Positions 14,964-24,163 of a stretch of 32,000 nucleotides of DNA are shown here, piece after piece. Each line of letters starts with the position of its first letter. Position 1 is the stretch's first letter. The notes beneath the pieces are model-generated. The model saw nothing but the letters and a program-made list of their open reading frames with translations, did no database searches and was not told the origin of the DNA. Both the position numbers and the translations under genes were made by a program. This stretch comes from Candidatus Saccharimonadota bacterium (lineage in GTDB: Bacteria > Patescibacteriota > Saccharimonadia > Saccharimonadales > Saccharimonadaceae): positions 780,001 through 812,000 of the forward strand of contig CP011211.1 of assembly GCA_001029695.1 (NCBI GenBank). Direction: 5' to 3'.

Positions 14964-17264
14964 ATGAGTGTACGATCAGTAATTACAAAGAGCCTACTGC
15001 TTCTCGGTGGTAGTGCATTATCGGTGCTTGCATACTGTGCGATAACTACTGATGTCGCTCAAGCTCAATCGGTAAGCCAGCGAGAGTGTAATACTGTGAT
15101 CGTTTTCGATAGGTCTGGATCGGTTGGTGGCCCAAATCTTGAAGTGCTGCGAGAGCAGACGCGTCGACTCTTTCAGCCTGGCGGTCTTGACAGTAGCAAG
15201 ATTAATGTAGCATTTTGGTCTTTCTCTGATGAGTACGCAATAGACTGGACTGGAGCGATAAATAAGAACTTTAATGCGCCATTTCACGACTTTGTTTCGT
15301 CAAAGGGTGTAAATTCTAGCTTTAATAACGCTATGAATGCCATGACATCTGTAGGTGGTACGAATTACCAGCAAGGATTTGGCTATCAAGGGAATATAGC
15401 AAACCCTTACACCCAGGCGATTGTAGACAGAGCGGATATAATTACGTTCCTTACGGATGGCGACCCAAACTGGAATGCTGGCGGAGGGTTGGAGGGTGGT
15501 CGGATAGCTGCTCAGAAGCATCGTGACGCGGGTAGGGTAACTATCGGTGGAATTATTGGTTCAAATGCTGATATGCTGCGTAACCTCAACTATGTGTTAA
15601 CTAACGACCTAAATAATGGCAATGATTCTTTCCAAGTTAGTGGTAATTATTCGGATCTTTCTAAGGTGCTAACCAGTCGAATTGAAAAAAAGTGTAAAGA
15701 ACTAAACCCGCCATGCCAGTATGATCCATCAATCCTTGCCGATGACCCAAGCTGTGTGCCTCGTTGCCAGTTCAACCCGAACATCCCAAATAATAGCCCA
15801 CAGTGCTTCCCGCCATGCCCATACAATACAACCATTCCGCAAAATGACCCTCGTTGCGTGAAGCCTCCATATGAGTTAAAACCGTCTACGTCTTCTAGTA
15901 GTTCATCGATGTCGAGCAATGACAGTGTTGGCCTTACGTATACTGTAGATAATAAAACAGCAGTACGTAGTGACCCGACAGGCTGGTCAATTACTCAGGT
16001 GGTTGTCGAGAAGGGTCAGAGTGTTGATCGTCTCAAGAAGATTAATGATAGTAACCCAGATCTTACGTATGCGGATGGATTAAACTGTACGGAGCTACTA
16101 CAGAAAGTCAATCGAGCGGGAACATGCAAGCCAAACATAGCCTCGGGTACAAAAGTTTTCGATCAAAATAAAACAACAACACTAGCTCCTTCTGATGGTA
16201 TTGGTGGCGCGGCGAGCACTTTGGTTATCGATGATGCTTGGCCAGTGGGCACTAAAGTATGCTACTTGCTGTCGATCGACCGCCCTACGGAGAATGACAC
16301 TCCGCGAAATCGCTATGGAAACGCCTCATGTATCACGATCGGCAAGCGTCCGACAGTCCAGGTGTGGGGTGGTGACGTGCGAGTAGGTAGCGGTGCGGCG
16401 AATACGGGTGATCAACCGGGTATCAAGACAGCACTCACGATACGTAATAGTGGTATCTTTGGTAGCTGGTCTGAGTACGGTGCATTTGCGCCGGGCAAGA
16501 TTGTCGGCTTTTCTACAGCATCGGGCTTAGCAAATGAGGGACCAACAGGCTTTCCGTATAGTGGAGGTGATCCATTCGCAACGCGCGCTGCGTGGAGCAA
16601 GTTGACCTTTGCCAACAAGACTGTTAATCCGGATGACGAGTATGGGAATTTTTCATCGACTGGTATCGATTCATCAACTACCGCAAGTAACATCGTAAAG
16701 ACGACTAAAAAAATTGCGGATACCGGGGGTGTGTTCAACGTCTCAAGTCTTCAATCGGGCCTATATGAGAACCCAGCAGGTGATGTTGTGGTTGAGGCTG
16801 GAGATGTACCGGCAGGTAAATCTATAGTCCTGTACGTACCAAAAGGTAAAGTCACAATAGCGGGCGACATAAAATATGCAAATGGACCATTCCGATCTGC
16901 CGCTGAGATTCCTCAATTTATCATTATTGCAAAAAATATCGACATCAACAGCAATGTTGGCCGCGTGGATTCATGGCTTCTTGCGCAATCGAGCGACGAT
17001 GACAGTGGGGTTATCTCAACCTGTGAGACAAAGTCGGGACTGACAATCGATACGTGCAGTAAACAGCTTCGTATTAATGGACCTATCGTAGCGAAGAGAA
17101 TACACCTTCTTCGTACTGCAGGTGGCGACAGCAAGGACGATCAAGGTACGCCAGCAGAGATCATTAACTTTCGGGCTGACGCGCTTCTATGGGCATATGG
17201 GTCGGGTCGTAGTGAACAACGTGTCATGACGACGCACACAACTGAACTTCCGGTGCGATATTAA
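14964..17264 (+). CDS. secreted VWA (MIDAS) domain protein with Cys/Pro repeat stalk and large C-terminal domain; candidate pilus-associated adhesin
   Basis: - A Sec-type signal is present (LLLLGGSALSVLAYCAITTDVAQA).
- The MIDAS set is complete: VFDRSGSV (DxSxS), GGTNY (Thr) and FLTDGDPN (Asp).
- Three 17-aa Cys/Pro repeats and a poly-Ser linker follow.
- A Gly/Thr-rich C-terminal region of about 445 aa matches no family I recognise. Confidence 0.8.
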   Translation: MSVRSVITKSLLLLGGSALSVLAYCAITTDVAQAQSVSQRECNTVIVFDRSGSVGGPNLEVLREQTRRLFQPGGLDSSKINVAFWSFSDEYAIDWTGAINKNFNAPFHDFVSSKGVNSSFNNAMNAMTSVGGTNYQQGFGYQGNIANPYTQAIVDRADIITFLTDGDPNWNAGGGLEGGRIAAQKHRDAGRVTIGGIIGSNADMLRNLNYVLTNDLNNGNDSFQVSGNYSDLSKVLTSRIEKKCKELNPPCQYDPSILADDPSCVPRCQFNPNIPNNSPQCFPPCPYNTTIPQNDPRCVKPPYELKPSTSSSSSSMSSNDSVGLTYTVDNKTAVRSDPTGWSITQVVVEKGQSVDRLKKINDSNPDLTYADGLNCTELLQKVNRAGTCKPNIASGTKVFDQNKTTTLAPSDGIGGAASTLVIDDAWPVGTKVCYLLSIDRPTENDTPRNRYGNASCITIGKRPTVQVWGGDVRVGSGAANTGDQPGIKTALTIRNSGIFGSWSEYGAFAPGKIVGFSTASGLANEGPTGFPYSGGDPFATRAAWSKLTFANKTVNPDDEYGNFSSTGIDSSTTASNIVKTTKKIADTGGVFNVSSLQSGLYENPAGDVVVEAGDVPAGKSIVLYVPKGKVTIAGDIKYANGPFRSAAEIPQFIIIAKNIDINSNVGRVDSWLLAQSSDDDSGVISTCETKSGLTIDTCSKQLRINGPIVAKRIHLLRTAGGDSKDDQGTPAEIINFRADALLWAYGSGRSEQRVMTTHTTELPVRY
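15708..15860 (+). repeat. three tandem 51-nt (17-aa) Cys/Pro-rich repeats inside the VWA protein gene
   Basis: The repeats are PPCQYDPSILADDPSCV, PRCQFNPNIPNNSPQCF and PPCPYNTTIPQNDPRCV. They are conserved at the protein level and diverged at the DNA level. Confidence 0.85.
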
Positions 17265-17302
17265 CAATAAAACACTTTAAATAAGCATAATAGTTATGTA
17301 TA

Positions 17303-18361
17303 ATGAGAAACAATATGGCAATTATAAAAGGCGTGGGTGATTTTTTTGGTCTAGATATAGGGACGACTGCTGTTCGTGCGGTCCAACTATCAAATAATGG
17401 CAACGGACGCTGGACGTTGAAGCACTACGGGTATGCACCGCTCGATGCGAAGACAGCAGAGGCAAGTTCAGTAGAGGCACGACACCGCCTAGGTGAAGTG
17501 ATTATGACTGTCGTAGGACAGAGTGGTATTAAGACGAAGAATGTCGCAGTCAGCCTTGCCGCTAACAAGACTTTTGTAACCGTTGTTGATCTTCCTAAGG
17601 TCTCTGATGCAGAACTAAAAAGCACTATCAAATATCAGATCGATGAATATATTCCTATGTCTATCGATGAAGCAAAGGTTGATTGGTCACTGCTTGGTCA
17701 GTCGCTCCATGATCCTTCAAAGCAAGAGGTGTTGCTAGCAAGTGTGACAGAGCAGTACGCTGAAGAAACACTCGATTTTGTTGAGGGATTAGGATTCGAT
17801 GTTGTTGCGAGTGAGCCTGAATCACTTGCCATGATCCGTTCAGTTCGAGATCCTGCAGCCAAGAATGCTCAGGTGATCGTTGATATCGGGGAATCATCGA
17901 CGAATGTTGCGGTAGTATACGGTGATCAGCCGCGATTAGTTCGTACAATTCCGAATGGACTCTCAACGCTTGTTCGTGCGGCGGTGCAGAACCTCAGTAT
18001 CCAAGATGATCAAGCGCGACAATTTATCTTAAAGTTTGGACTTTCTCGAGACAAGCTAGAGGGCCAAGTTGTTATAGCGCTCGATAGCACTCTTGAAGGT
18101 TTTGTGTCCGAGATCAATAAATCGATTAAGTTCTTCCAAACTCGTTGCCCATCAATACCTGTAGGTGACATTCTCGTATCTGGTTACGCAAGCACTATCC
18201 CAGGTTTACCTGAGTATGTTGGTCAAAAGACAAGTATCCCAACGGCTCTAGCTGATCCGTGGCGACATGTAAATGTACCAGCAGGTGATCAGAAGCTTGC
18301 AGCGATTCGTTCAGAATTTACGACAGCGGTCGGGCTTGCGCAAAGGAGTGGAAAAGCATGA
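17303..18361 (+). CDS. pilM: type IV pilus assembly protein PilM (actin-like ATPase fold)
   Basis: The N-terminus FGLDIGTTAVRAVQL and the overall length fit PilM. It has a 4-nt ATGA overlap with pilN. The start is either 17303 or the ATG at 17315 (MAIIKG). Confidence 0.88.
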   Translation: MRNNMAIIKGVGDFFGLDIGTTAVRAVQLSNNGNGRWTLKHYGYAPLDAKTAEASSVEARHRLGEVIMTVVGQSGIKTKNVAVSLAANKTFVTVVDLPKVSDAELKSTIKYQIDEYIPMSIDEAKVDWSLLGQSLHDPSKQEVLLASVTEQYAEETLDFVEGLGFDVVASEPESLAMIRSVRDPAAKNAQVIVDIGESSTNVAVVYGDQPRLVRTIPNGLSTLVRAAVQNLSIQDDQARQFILKFGLSRDKLEGQVVIALDSTLEGFVSEINKSIKFFQTRCPSIPVGDILVSGYASTIPGLPEYVGQKTSIPTALADPWRHVNVPAGDQKLAAIRSEFTTAVGLAQRSGKA

Positions 18362-19074
18362 TTGAAGTCAATCTTATTCCAGATGTAAAACAGGAGCTGT
18401 TGAAAGCTCGAGTTGTTCGTCGATACGTTATTTCTAGCACTGTTATCGTAGGCATGGCGGCGGTTGGCGTTGTTGTGCTGCTTGGACTTCTATGGATATC
18501 TCTTGGTGTGCGTGGTGCTCTTCTTGATGATTCGATCACTAAAAAGGGGACAGAATACCGCTCGGTGAGTGACCTCGAAAAAACACTGACAATCCAGAAT
18601 CAATTAAGTGCACTATCTGCAATGCACGATAAGAAAAATATCGACTCACGTATATTTCCACTACTAGACGTGATTAATCCGGCAAGTCCAAATAACATCA
18701 GTATCTCGTCAACGAAGATTGATGCTGAAAACAAGACTATAACGATTGGTGGACAGGCATCAAACGGCTATGAGGCTGCTGAAATATTTAAAAAGACTAT
18801 CCTTGGCACGAGAGTTTCTTATATTGATGGTAACGGAGCTTCACAGTCAAAACTACTCACGGATAGTGTCAGTAGTTCTGATATGAGTACTGGTGAAGAT
18901 GCGACAGGAAAGAAGGTTCTTCGCTTTAGCTTCTCATTCGTGTATCCTGCTGAGTTATTTGAACAGTCATCTAGCCAAGCAATTATAGAACGACCAGGAC
19001 GTAAGAACGTAACAGATTCATACCTTCGTGTTCCTCAAAGTCTATTTAGCGACCGAGAAGGAGGCCAACAGTAA
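18358..19074 (+). CDS. pilN: type IV pilus assembly protein PilN-like
   Basis: The N-terminal IEVNLIP corresponds to the PilN INLLP-type motif that binds PilM. It has a single TM (VISSTVIVGMAAVGVVVLLGLLWI) and is translationally coupled on both sides. Confidence 0.8.
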   Translation: MIEVNLIPDVKQELLKARVVRRYVISSTVIVGMAAVGVVVLLGLLWISLGVRGALLDDSITKKGTEYRSVSDLEKTLTIQNQLSALSAMHDKKNIDSRIFPLLDVINPASPNNISISSTKIDAENKTITIGGQASNGYEAAEIFKKTILGTRVSYIDGNGASQSKLLTDSVSSSDMSTGEDATGKKVLRFSFSFVYPAELFEQSSSQAIIERPGRKNVTDSYLRVPQSLFSDREGGQQ

Positions 19075-19736
19075 TGGACAAAATGAGCAACGGACTAAGA
19101 AAGCGACAGCAGATTACTCGAGCCAATCAGACGATGTTCTTGTGGGTCGCAGGTGTGTCGGTGATTATCGGATTTTCTGTAGTGATTGCACTTTTCATTG
19201 GTCAGAAGATTATCTATAGCCAAAAGGTCATTCAAAAGAAAGAGCAGACAGAGAAGCATCTTGTCGCAAACCTCAAAAATATCGATGATCTCAAGGGTAA
19301 GATTCGCGTTCTTGATACCGATGAGGGGCTGAAGTCTACACGCTTGAGTGAAAACGATAGCGCTATTCAATCAATTCTTGATGCACTACCGGCTGATGCA
19401 AATGTGACAGCGCTAGGTTCGTCGCTTGAAAAGAAGATCCTGAATGTTCCTGGAGTTACGGTTGAGTCTATTACTCCGGGCCAGCTTTCAGAAGGTGATT
19501 CTAGTGGCGATGCAACGCCACAGACTCTTCCAGTAAGTTTCTCAGTCTCAGTTGCAAGTAGCAATACCGATGCGCTGCGTGAAGTCTTACTGCGTCTCGA
19601 AAAATCGATTCGTGCTATAAATGTCACTAATCTCTCACTTGAGACGCAAGGGACAAAGCGATTCTTGACCGTAACGGCTGAAGTGTATTATCAATCACCA
19701 GTATCAGTTGAGCAGAAAAAAGAGGTGGTAAAGTAA
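19074..19736 (+). CDS. PilO-like bitopic pilus alignment protein
   Basis: A basic N-terminus is followed by a single TM (MFLWVAGVSVIIGFSVVIALFIG) and a coiled-coil-like segment. It sits after pilN with 1-nt TAATG overlaps on both sides. Confidence 0.6.
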   Translation: MDKMSNGLRKRQQITRANQTMFLWVAGVSVIIGFSVVIALFIGQKIIYSQKVIQKKEQTEKHLVANLKNIDDLKGKIRVLDTDEGLKSTRLSENDSAIQSILDALPADANVTALGSSLEKKILNVPGVTVESITPGQLSEGDSSGDATPQTLPVSFSVSVASSNTDALREVLLRLEKSIRAINVTNLSLETQGTKRFLTVTAEVYYQSPVSVEQKKEVVK

Positions 19737-19972
19737 TGAAAAAACAAGATATTGCTACGCTAGTATTTATTGCTTCACTAAGTGTGTTTGTTGCCTATTT
19801 TATCGCAAATGCTGCATTTGGCGGCTCAAGTCAGGGATCGACGAAAGTTGAAACTGTCAAAGAAATTTCGCCTGATGTTGAAGAACCTGATAAATCGGTT
19901 TTTAATAAAGATGCAATCAATCCAACGGTCGAAGTGATCATTGGTGATCAACAACAAACAACAAGTCAATAA
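19736..19972 (+). CDS. small single-pass membrane protein (78 aa) within the pilus operon
   Basis: The TM is IATLVFIASLSVFVAYFIANAAF, followed by an acidic/polar tail. It is translationally coupled to the PilO-like gene. Confidence 0.5.
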   Translation: MKKQDIATLVFIASLSVFVAYFIANAAFGGSSQGSTKVETVKEISPDVEEPDKSVFNKDAINPTVEVIIGDQQQTTSQ

Positions 19973-19992
19973 GAACGAGAGGTGGGTGACTG

Positions 19993-21756
19993 ATGGCGTT
20001 CTTGACGACAGAGATACAAGATAAGCTAACCGCTCTCTTTATAGATGAGGGGCTTGTTGCGAGTGAAGTGCTCGAAGCTGCTAGAGCAGAGTCTGCATCT
20101 TCGAAAGAGCCATTATTTGCATTGCTGACACAGAAGCATATCATCGACGATGAAATGCTTGCACATGCGATTGCGCAGGTATCAGGTGTGCCGTATGTAA
20201 ACCTGACAAACAGTGTTATTAGTCAGCAGGTGCTTGATCTGCTTCCAGAAGATGTGGCTGAGCGGTTCATGGCCGTGCCACTTGCTGAGATGCAAAACCG
20301 GCTTGCCGTTGCAATGGTTGACGCTAGTAACGTGCAAGCGGTCGACTATCTTGCGAGTCGTATTGATAAGCCACTCAAGGTCTTTATGGCATCCGAAGAG
20401 GGTGTACGACATATTCTCGATCAGTATCGCACCGATCTTTCGACGATTGATGCTGCCGCTGAAGTGTCGCAGCAGGAAGCTGCCGTTGAAGAGAATAATA
20501 ATATCAAGACAATCGTACAAGATTCGCCGATTAGTCGGGCGCTCAGTACAATTTTGGAGTATGCCGTAAAGAGTCGTGCAAGCGATATTCATATCGAACC
20601 ACTCGAGGGTGCGTTGAAGATTCGTTGTCGTGTCGACGGTGTGCTACGTGAAATTATGCAGTTACCAAAGACAATTGAGCCTGCTCTAGTGAGCCGTATA
20701 AAAATTTTATCCAATCTAAAGATCGATGAACACCGGGTGCCTCAGGATGGTCAGTTTGCTGTAAAGATCGCCAACAAAGAAGTGGATCTTCGTATCGCTA
20801 TTAGCCCAGTTGTTTGGGGTGAGCAAGTAGTTATCCGACTACTCGACAAGTCAGGCGCAAGCTTCGACCTTGAAGACATGGGATATGCTGGTCGTGCTCT
20901 TCGGGCAATTCGAAAAGGTGTGAAGCGACCAAATGGTATGGTGCTTACTTCTGGTCCAACTGGATCCGGTAAGTCCACGAGCCTTTATGCGCTTATAAAA
21001 GAAATCAAGGATGATAGCGTGAATATCGTAACGCTAGAAGATCCAGTTGAGTATAAGATGAGTGGAGTGAATCAAATTCAGGTTAATGGAGAGGTTGGTC
21101 TTACATTTGCCAACGGACTTCGCTCAATTCTTCGTCAGGACCCTGATGTCGTGATGGTGGGTGAGATACGTGATGACGAAACTGCAAGTCTTGCGGTGCA
21201 GGCTGCGCTCACGGGGCACCTTGTGTTTAGTACCCTGCACACCAACAGTGCGGCGGGGGTGTTACCTCGACTACTTGATATGCATATCGAACCATTTCTG
21301 ATTGCAAGTACTGTCAACACTATTATTGGTCAGCGTCTCGTCCGACGGGTCTCTCAGAAGCGTGATTCATACCAGTCCTCTCCGCTAGAAACGCAAAATA
21401 TACTTGCGACGGTTGGGCACCTCCTTCCCAAGACGCCAGCAGAGGTAGTTCAGGTATCTCAGGATCTTGGCTATAAAGACTTGCCACTTGCAGGCCAAAA
21501 CGCTTATACTCTAGTCAAGGGTAAAGATACGCCCGCTACCCCAAGGGGTTATAACGGTCGCGCTGGGCTCTATGAAGTGATGGATGTCACCGAAGAGATT
21601 CAGCAGCTTATTGTTACGAGATCTACGACAACAGCAATACAGAAGGTTGCGGTTGCTCAGGGGATGATAACAATGCGACAAGACGGGTATCTAAAAGCAC
21701 TGCAGGGTATTACGACGCTCGAAGAAGTTAATCGCGTTACAGCGGATACACTATAA
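19993..21756 (+). CDS. pilB: type IV pilus extension ATPase PilB (GspE family)
   Basis: A GAGGTGG SD precedes it. It has an N-terminal GspE-N-like domain, Walker A GPTGSGKST and the His box LVFSTLHTNSAAG. No tetracysteine motif is present. Confidence 0.93.
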   Translation: MAFLTTEIQDKLTALFIDEGLVASEVLEAARAESASSKEPLFALLTQKHIIDDEMLAHAIAQVSGVPYVNLTNSVISQQVLDLLPEDVAERFMAVPLAEMQNRLAVAMVDASNVQAVDYLASRIDKPLKVFMASEEGVRHILDQYRTDLSTIDAAAEVSQQEAAVEENNNIKTIVQDSPISRALSTILEYAVKSRASDIHIEPLEGALKIRCRVDGVLREIMQLPKTIEPALVSRIKILSNLKIDEHRVPQDGQFAVKIANKEVDLRIAISPVVWGEQVVIRLLDKSGASFDLEDMGYAGRALRAIRKGVKRPNGMVLTSGPTGSGKSTSLYALIKEIKDDSVNIVTLEDPVEYKMSGVNQIQVNGEVGLTFANGLRSILRQDPDVVMVGEIRDDETASLAVQAALTGHLVFSTLHTNSAAGVLPRLLDMHIEPFLIASTVNTIIGQRLVRRVSQKRDSYQSSPLETQNILATVGHLLPKTPAEVVQVSQDLGYKDLPLAGQNAYTLVKGKDTPATPRGYNGRAGLYEVMDVTEEIQQLIVTRSTTTAIQKVAVAQGMITMRQDGYLKALQGITTLEEVNRVTADTL

Positions 21757-21779
21757 AAGAAAGATAAGGTGGAAATAAC

Positions 21780-22850
21780 ATGGCTAACCAAGAACTAAGA
21801 ATTGAAATCCTTCTCGAAGAAGTGGTACGGCGTCGTGCATCCGATCTGCATCTTCAAGTGAGTCTACCTCCGATGTTACGTATTGATGGTTCTCTCGTGC
21901 CAGTAGCTGGTATGAGCGCACTCGATGAAGCCGCAGTTGAAGCACTTATTTTTGCAATCCTCGACCCTGATCAACAGCAGATTCTGGAAAAAGACAAAGA
22001 ATTTGACTTTAGCTTCGCCTTTGGCGCTCTTGGTCGTTTCCGTGTCAATGCGTATCATGAACGCGGTAATCTCGCAGCGGCACTACGTTTGATCCCAAAT
22101 GAGATCAAGACTATTAAAGAGCTGGGTGTTCCAGCAACGGTTATGAATTTTGCCAACTATCCTCGAGGATTGGTACTTATCACGGGTCCAACTGGCTCTG
22201 GTAAGTCGACGACGCTCGCTTCGCTTATTGATAAGATCAACGAAGAGACCTCGCAGCATATTATCACTATTGAAGATCCAATCGAGTTTACGCACAAGTC
22301 AAAGAAATCTGTTGTTGTACAGCGTGAAGTTCACTATGACACATATAGTTTCTCGGCTGCGCTTCGCTCAAGCCTTCGTCAAGATCCTGACGTTGTATTG
22401 ATCGGTGAGATGCGTGACCTCGAGACGATTAGTGCTGCGATTACAATCGCCGAAACCGGACACCTGGTCCTGGGCTCACTTCATACAAACAGTGCGGCAC
22501 AGTCAATTGACCGTATGATTGATGTATTTCCTCCGCATCAGCAGCCGCAAATTCGCGCGCAACTTGCAAATATCTTGATGGCGATCTGTTCACAGCGACT
22601 AGTACCAGCAATTGGCGGTGGCCGCGTTGTGGCGGCAGAAGTTCTGATAGCAAACCCAGCAGTACGAAATATTATCCGTGAAGGTAAGAGTCATCAGCTT
22701 GATGCGGTAATTCAGACGGGTGCAGATAGTGGCATGCAGACAATGGACCGTACTCTTGTGGGGCTTGTCCAGAGTGGTGCAGTTACGTATGACGATGCGC
22801 GTAGTTTCGCAGTTGATCTAACAGAGTTTGAAAGGTTAATGCGAGGATAG
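21780..22850 (+). CDS. pilT: type IV pilus retraction ATPase PilT
   Basis: At 356 aa it carries Walker A GPTGSGKSTT, the His box GSLHTNSAAQSIDR and the PilT signature AVRNIIREGK. Confidence 0.93.
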   Translation: MANQELRIEILLEEVVRRRASDLHLQVSLPPMLRIDGSLVPVAGMSALDEAAVEALIFAILDPDQQQILEKDKEFDFSFAFGALGRFRVNAYHERGNLAAALRLIPNEIKTIKELGVPATVMNFANYPRGLVLITGPTGSGKSTTLASLIDKINEETSQHIITIEDPIEFTHKSKKSVVVQREVHYDTYSFSAALRSSLRQDPDVVLIGEMRDLETISAAITIAETGHLVLGSLHTNSAAQSIDRMIDVFPPHQQPQIRAQLANILMAICSQRLVPAIGGGRVVAAEVLIANPAVRNIIREGKSHQLDAVIQTGADSGMQTMDRTLVGLVQSGAVTYDDARSFAVDLTEFERLMRG

Positions 22851-22856
22851 CCAGTA

Positions 22857-24065
22857 ATGCGTAAGTTTATCTACGAAGCAAAGGACGGATCAACAGGCAA
22901 GGTAGTAAAGGCTGCTATTTCTGCTGAGACGGAGCGTGCGGCAGCAAAAATCCTCCTAAAGCAAGGGTTCACGCCACTCTCAATAAAAGAGCAGGAGTCG
23001 ACGAGTAGTACGTTTAGTCGTCTACGGAATCGCGTATCGGTAAAAGATAAAGTTGTCTTCACGAGGCAACTATCGACGCTTATCGCAGCGGGACTGCCTC
23101 TTTCGCAGAGTTTGCGAACTGTTGTCGAGCAGACGCCAAACGTGCGGCTCAAATCAGTGCTTCAGGATGTTATTGAGTCAATCGAGGGTGGTCGTTCACT
23201 GCATGATTCATTTGCTAAACATCCGGGTGTTTTTGACAAGCTATTTCTTGCGCTTGTAGCAGTAGGTGAGTCATCGGGTACTCTTGATGAGGCGCTGCAA
23301 AGAGTTGCTGCCCAGCAAGAGAAGGATGCAGCTATCTTGGGCAAAATCCGTGGAGCGATGACGTATCCAGTTATTGTGCTCTTTGTTATCTTTGGAGTGC
23401 TTGGCTTTATGCTTCTAACAGTAGTTCCACAAGTTGAGAAGCTCTATAAAGATCTCGATAAGGAGCTTCCGCTGCTGACACAGTTGATGGTCTCGGCATC
23501 AAACTTCTTGATCAACTTCTGGTGGCTTGTACTGATTGTGATTGCGACGGCGGTGTATTTTGCGGTTCGCTATATCAAAACTCCAGCAGGTATTCGTACG
23601 TATGATAGCTTCAAGCTTAATGTTCCAATCTTTGGTGGAATGTTCCAGAAGCTCTACATGGCGCGCTTTAATCGAACAGGGCAGACGCTCCTTGAGTCAG
23701 GTGTGGCGATGCTCGACATGCTCAAGATTACGAGTGAGGCGGTTAGTAATACGCTGATTAGTGAAAGTATTCTTCGTGCATCTGAAAAGGTCCGAGGAGG
23801 TAAGGCTCTATCGGTAACGCTAAAGTCAGAAGACCATTTCCCTGTACTGGTATCTCAAATGATCAAGATCGGTGAACAATCGGGTCGTATCGACGAAATG
23901 ATGGGTAAAACGGCGACGATCTACGAGGATGAGCTTGATGAGCAAATTCGAACTATTTCAACTGCTATTGAGCCGGTACTGATGGTTGTTCTCGCTATTG
24001 CAGCCGGTGGTATGGTTGCAGCAATCTTGCTGCCAATCTATGGACTCGTAGGCAATATGGGCTAG
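22857..24065 (+). CDS. pilC: type IV pilus platform protein PilC (GspF family)
   Basis: At 402 aa it has two GspF-type repeats (LSTLIAAGLPLSQSL and RTGQTLLESGVAMLDML) and three hydrophobic segments. Confidence 0.92.
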   Translation: MRKFIYEAKDGSTGKVVKAAISAETERAAAKILLKQGFTPLSIKEQESTSSTFSRLRNRVSVKDKVVFTRQLSTLIAAGLPLSQSLRTVVEQTPNVRLKSVLQDVIESIEGGRSLHDSFAKHPGVFDKLFLALVAVGESSGTLDEALQRVAAQQEKDAAILGKIRGAMTYPVIVLFVIFGVLGFMLLTVVPQVEKLYKDLDKELPLLTQLMVSASNFLINFWWLVLIVIATAVYFAVRYIKTPAGIRTYDSFKLNVPIFGGMFQKLYMARFNRTGQTLLESGVAMLDMLKITSEAVSNTLISESILRASEKVRGGKALSVTLKSEDHFPVLVSQMIKIGEQSGRIDEMMGKTATIYEDELDEQIRTISTAIEPVLMVVLAIAAGGMVAAILLPIYGLVGNMG

Positions 24066-24163
24066 GAGTGCAAGCTATAGACATTTGTCTATGATTCGTT
24101 TAGTATAAACATAAGTATCATGTAGATATAATAAAGTGCTCATAGAAAGGGTGGAAAAATTTC

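Noticed and set aside
20182-20592. 136-aa(-) and 118-aa(+) ORFs inside pilB, and similar ORFs inside pilT, pilC and the minor pilins (for example 27115..27573(-))
   Set aside because: They are nested in genes with unambiguous motifs, so they are shadow ORFs.
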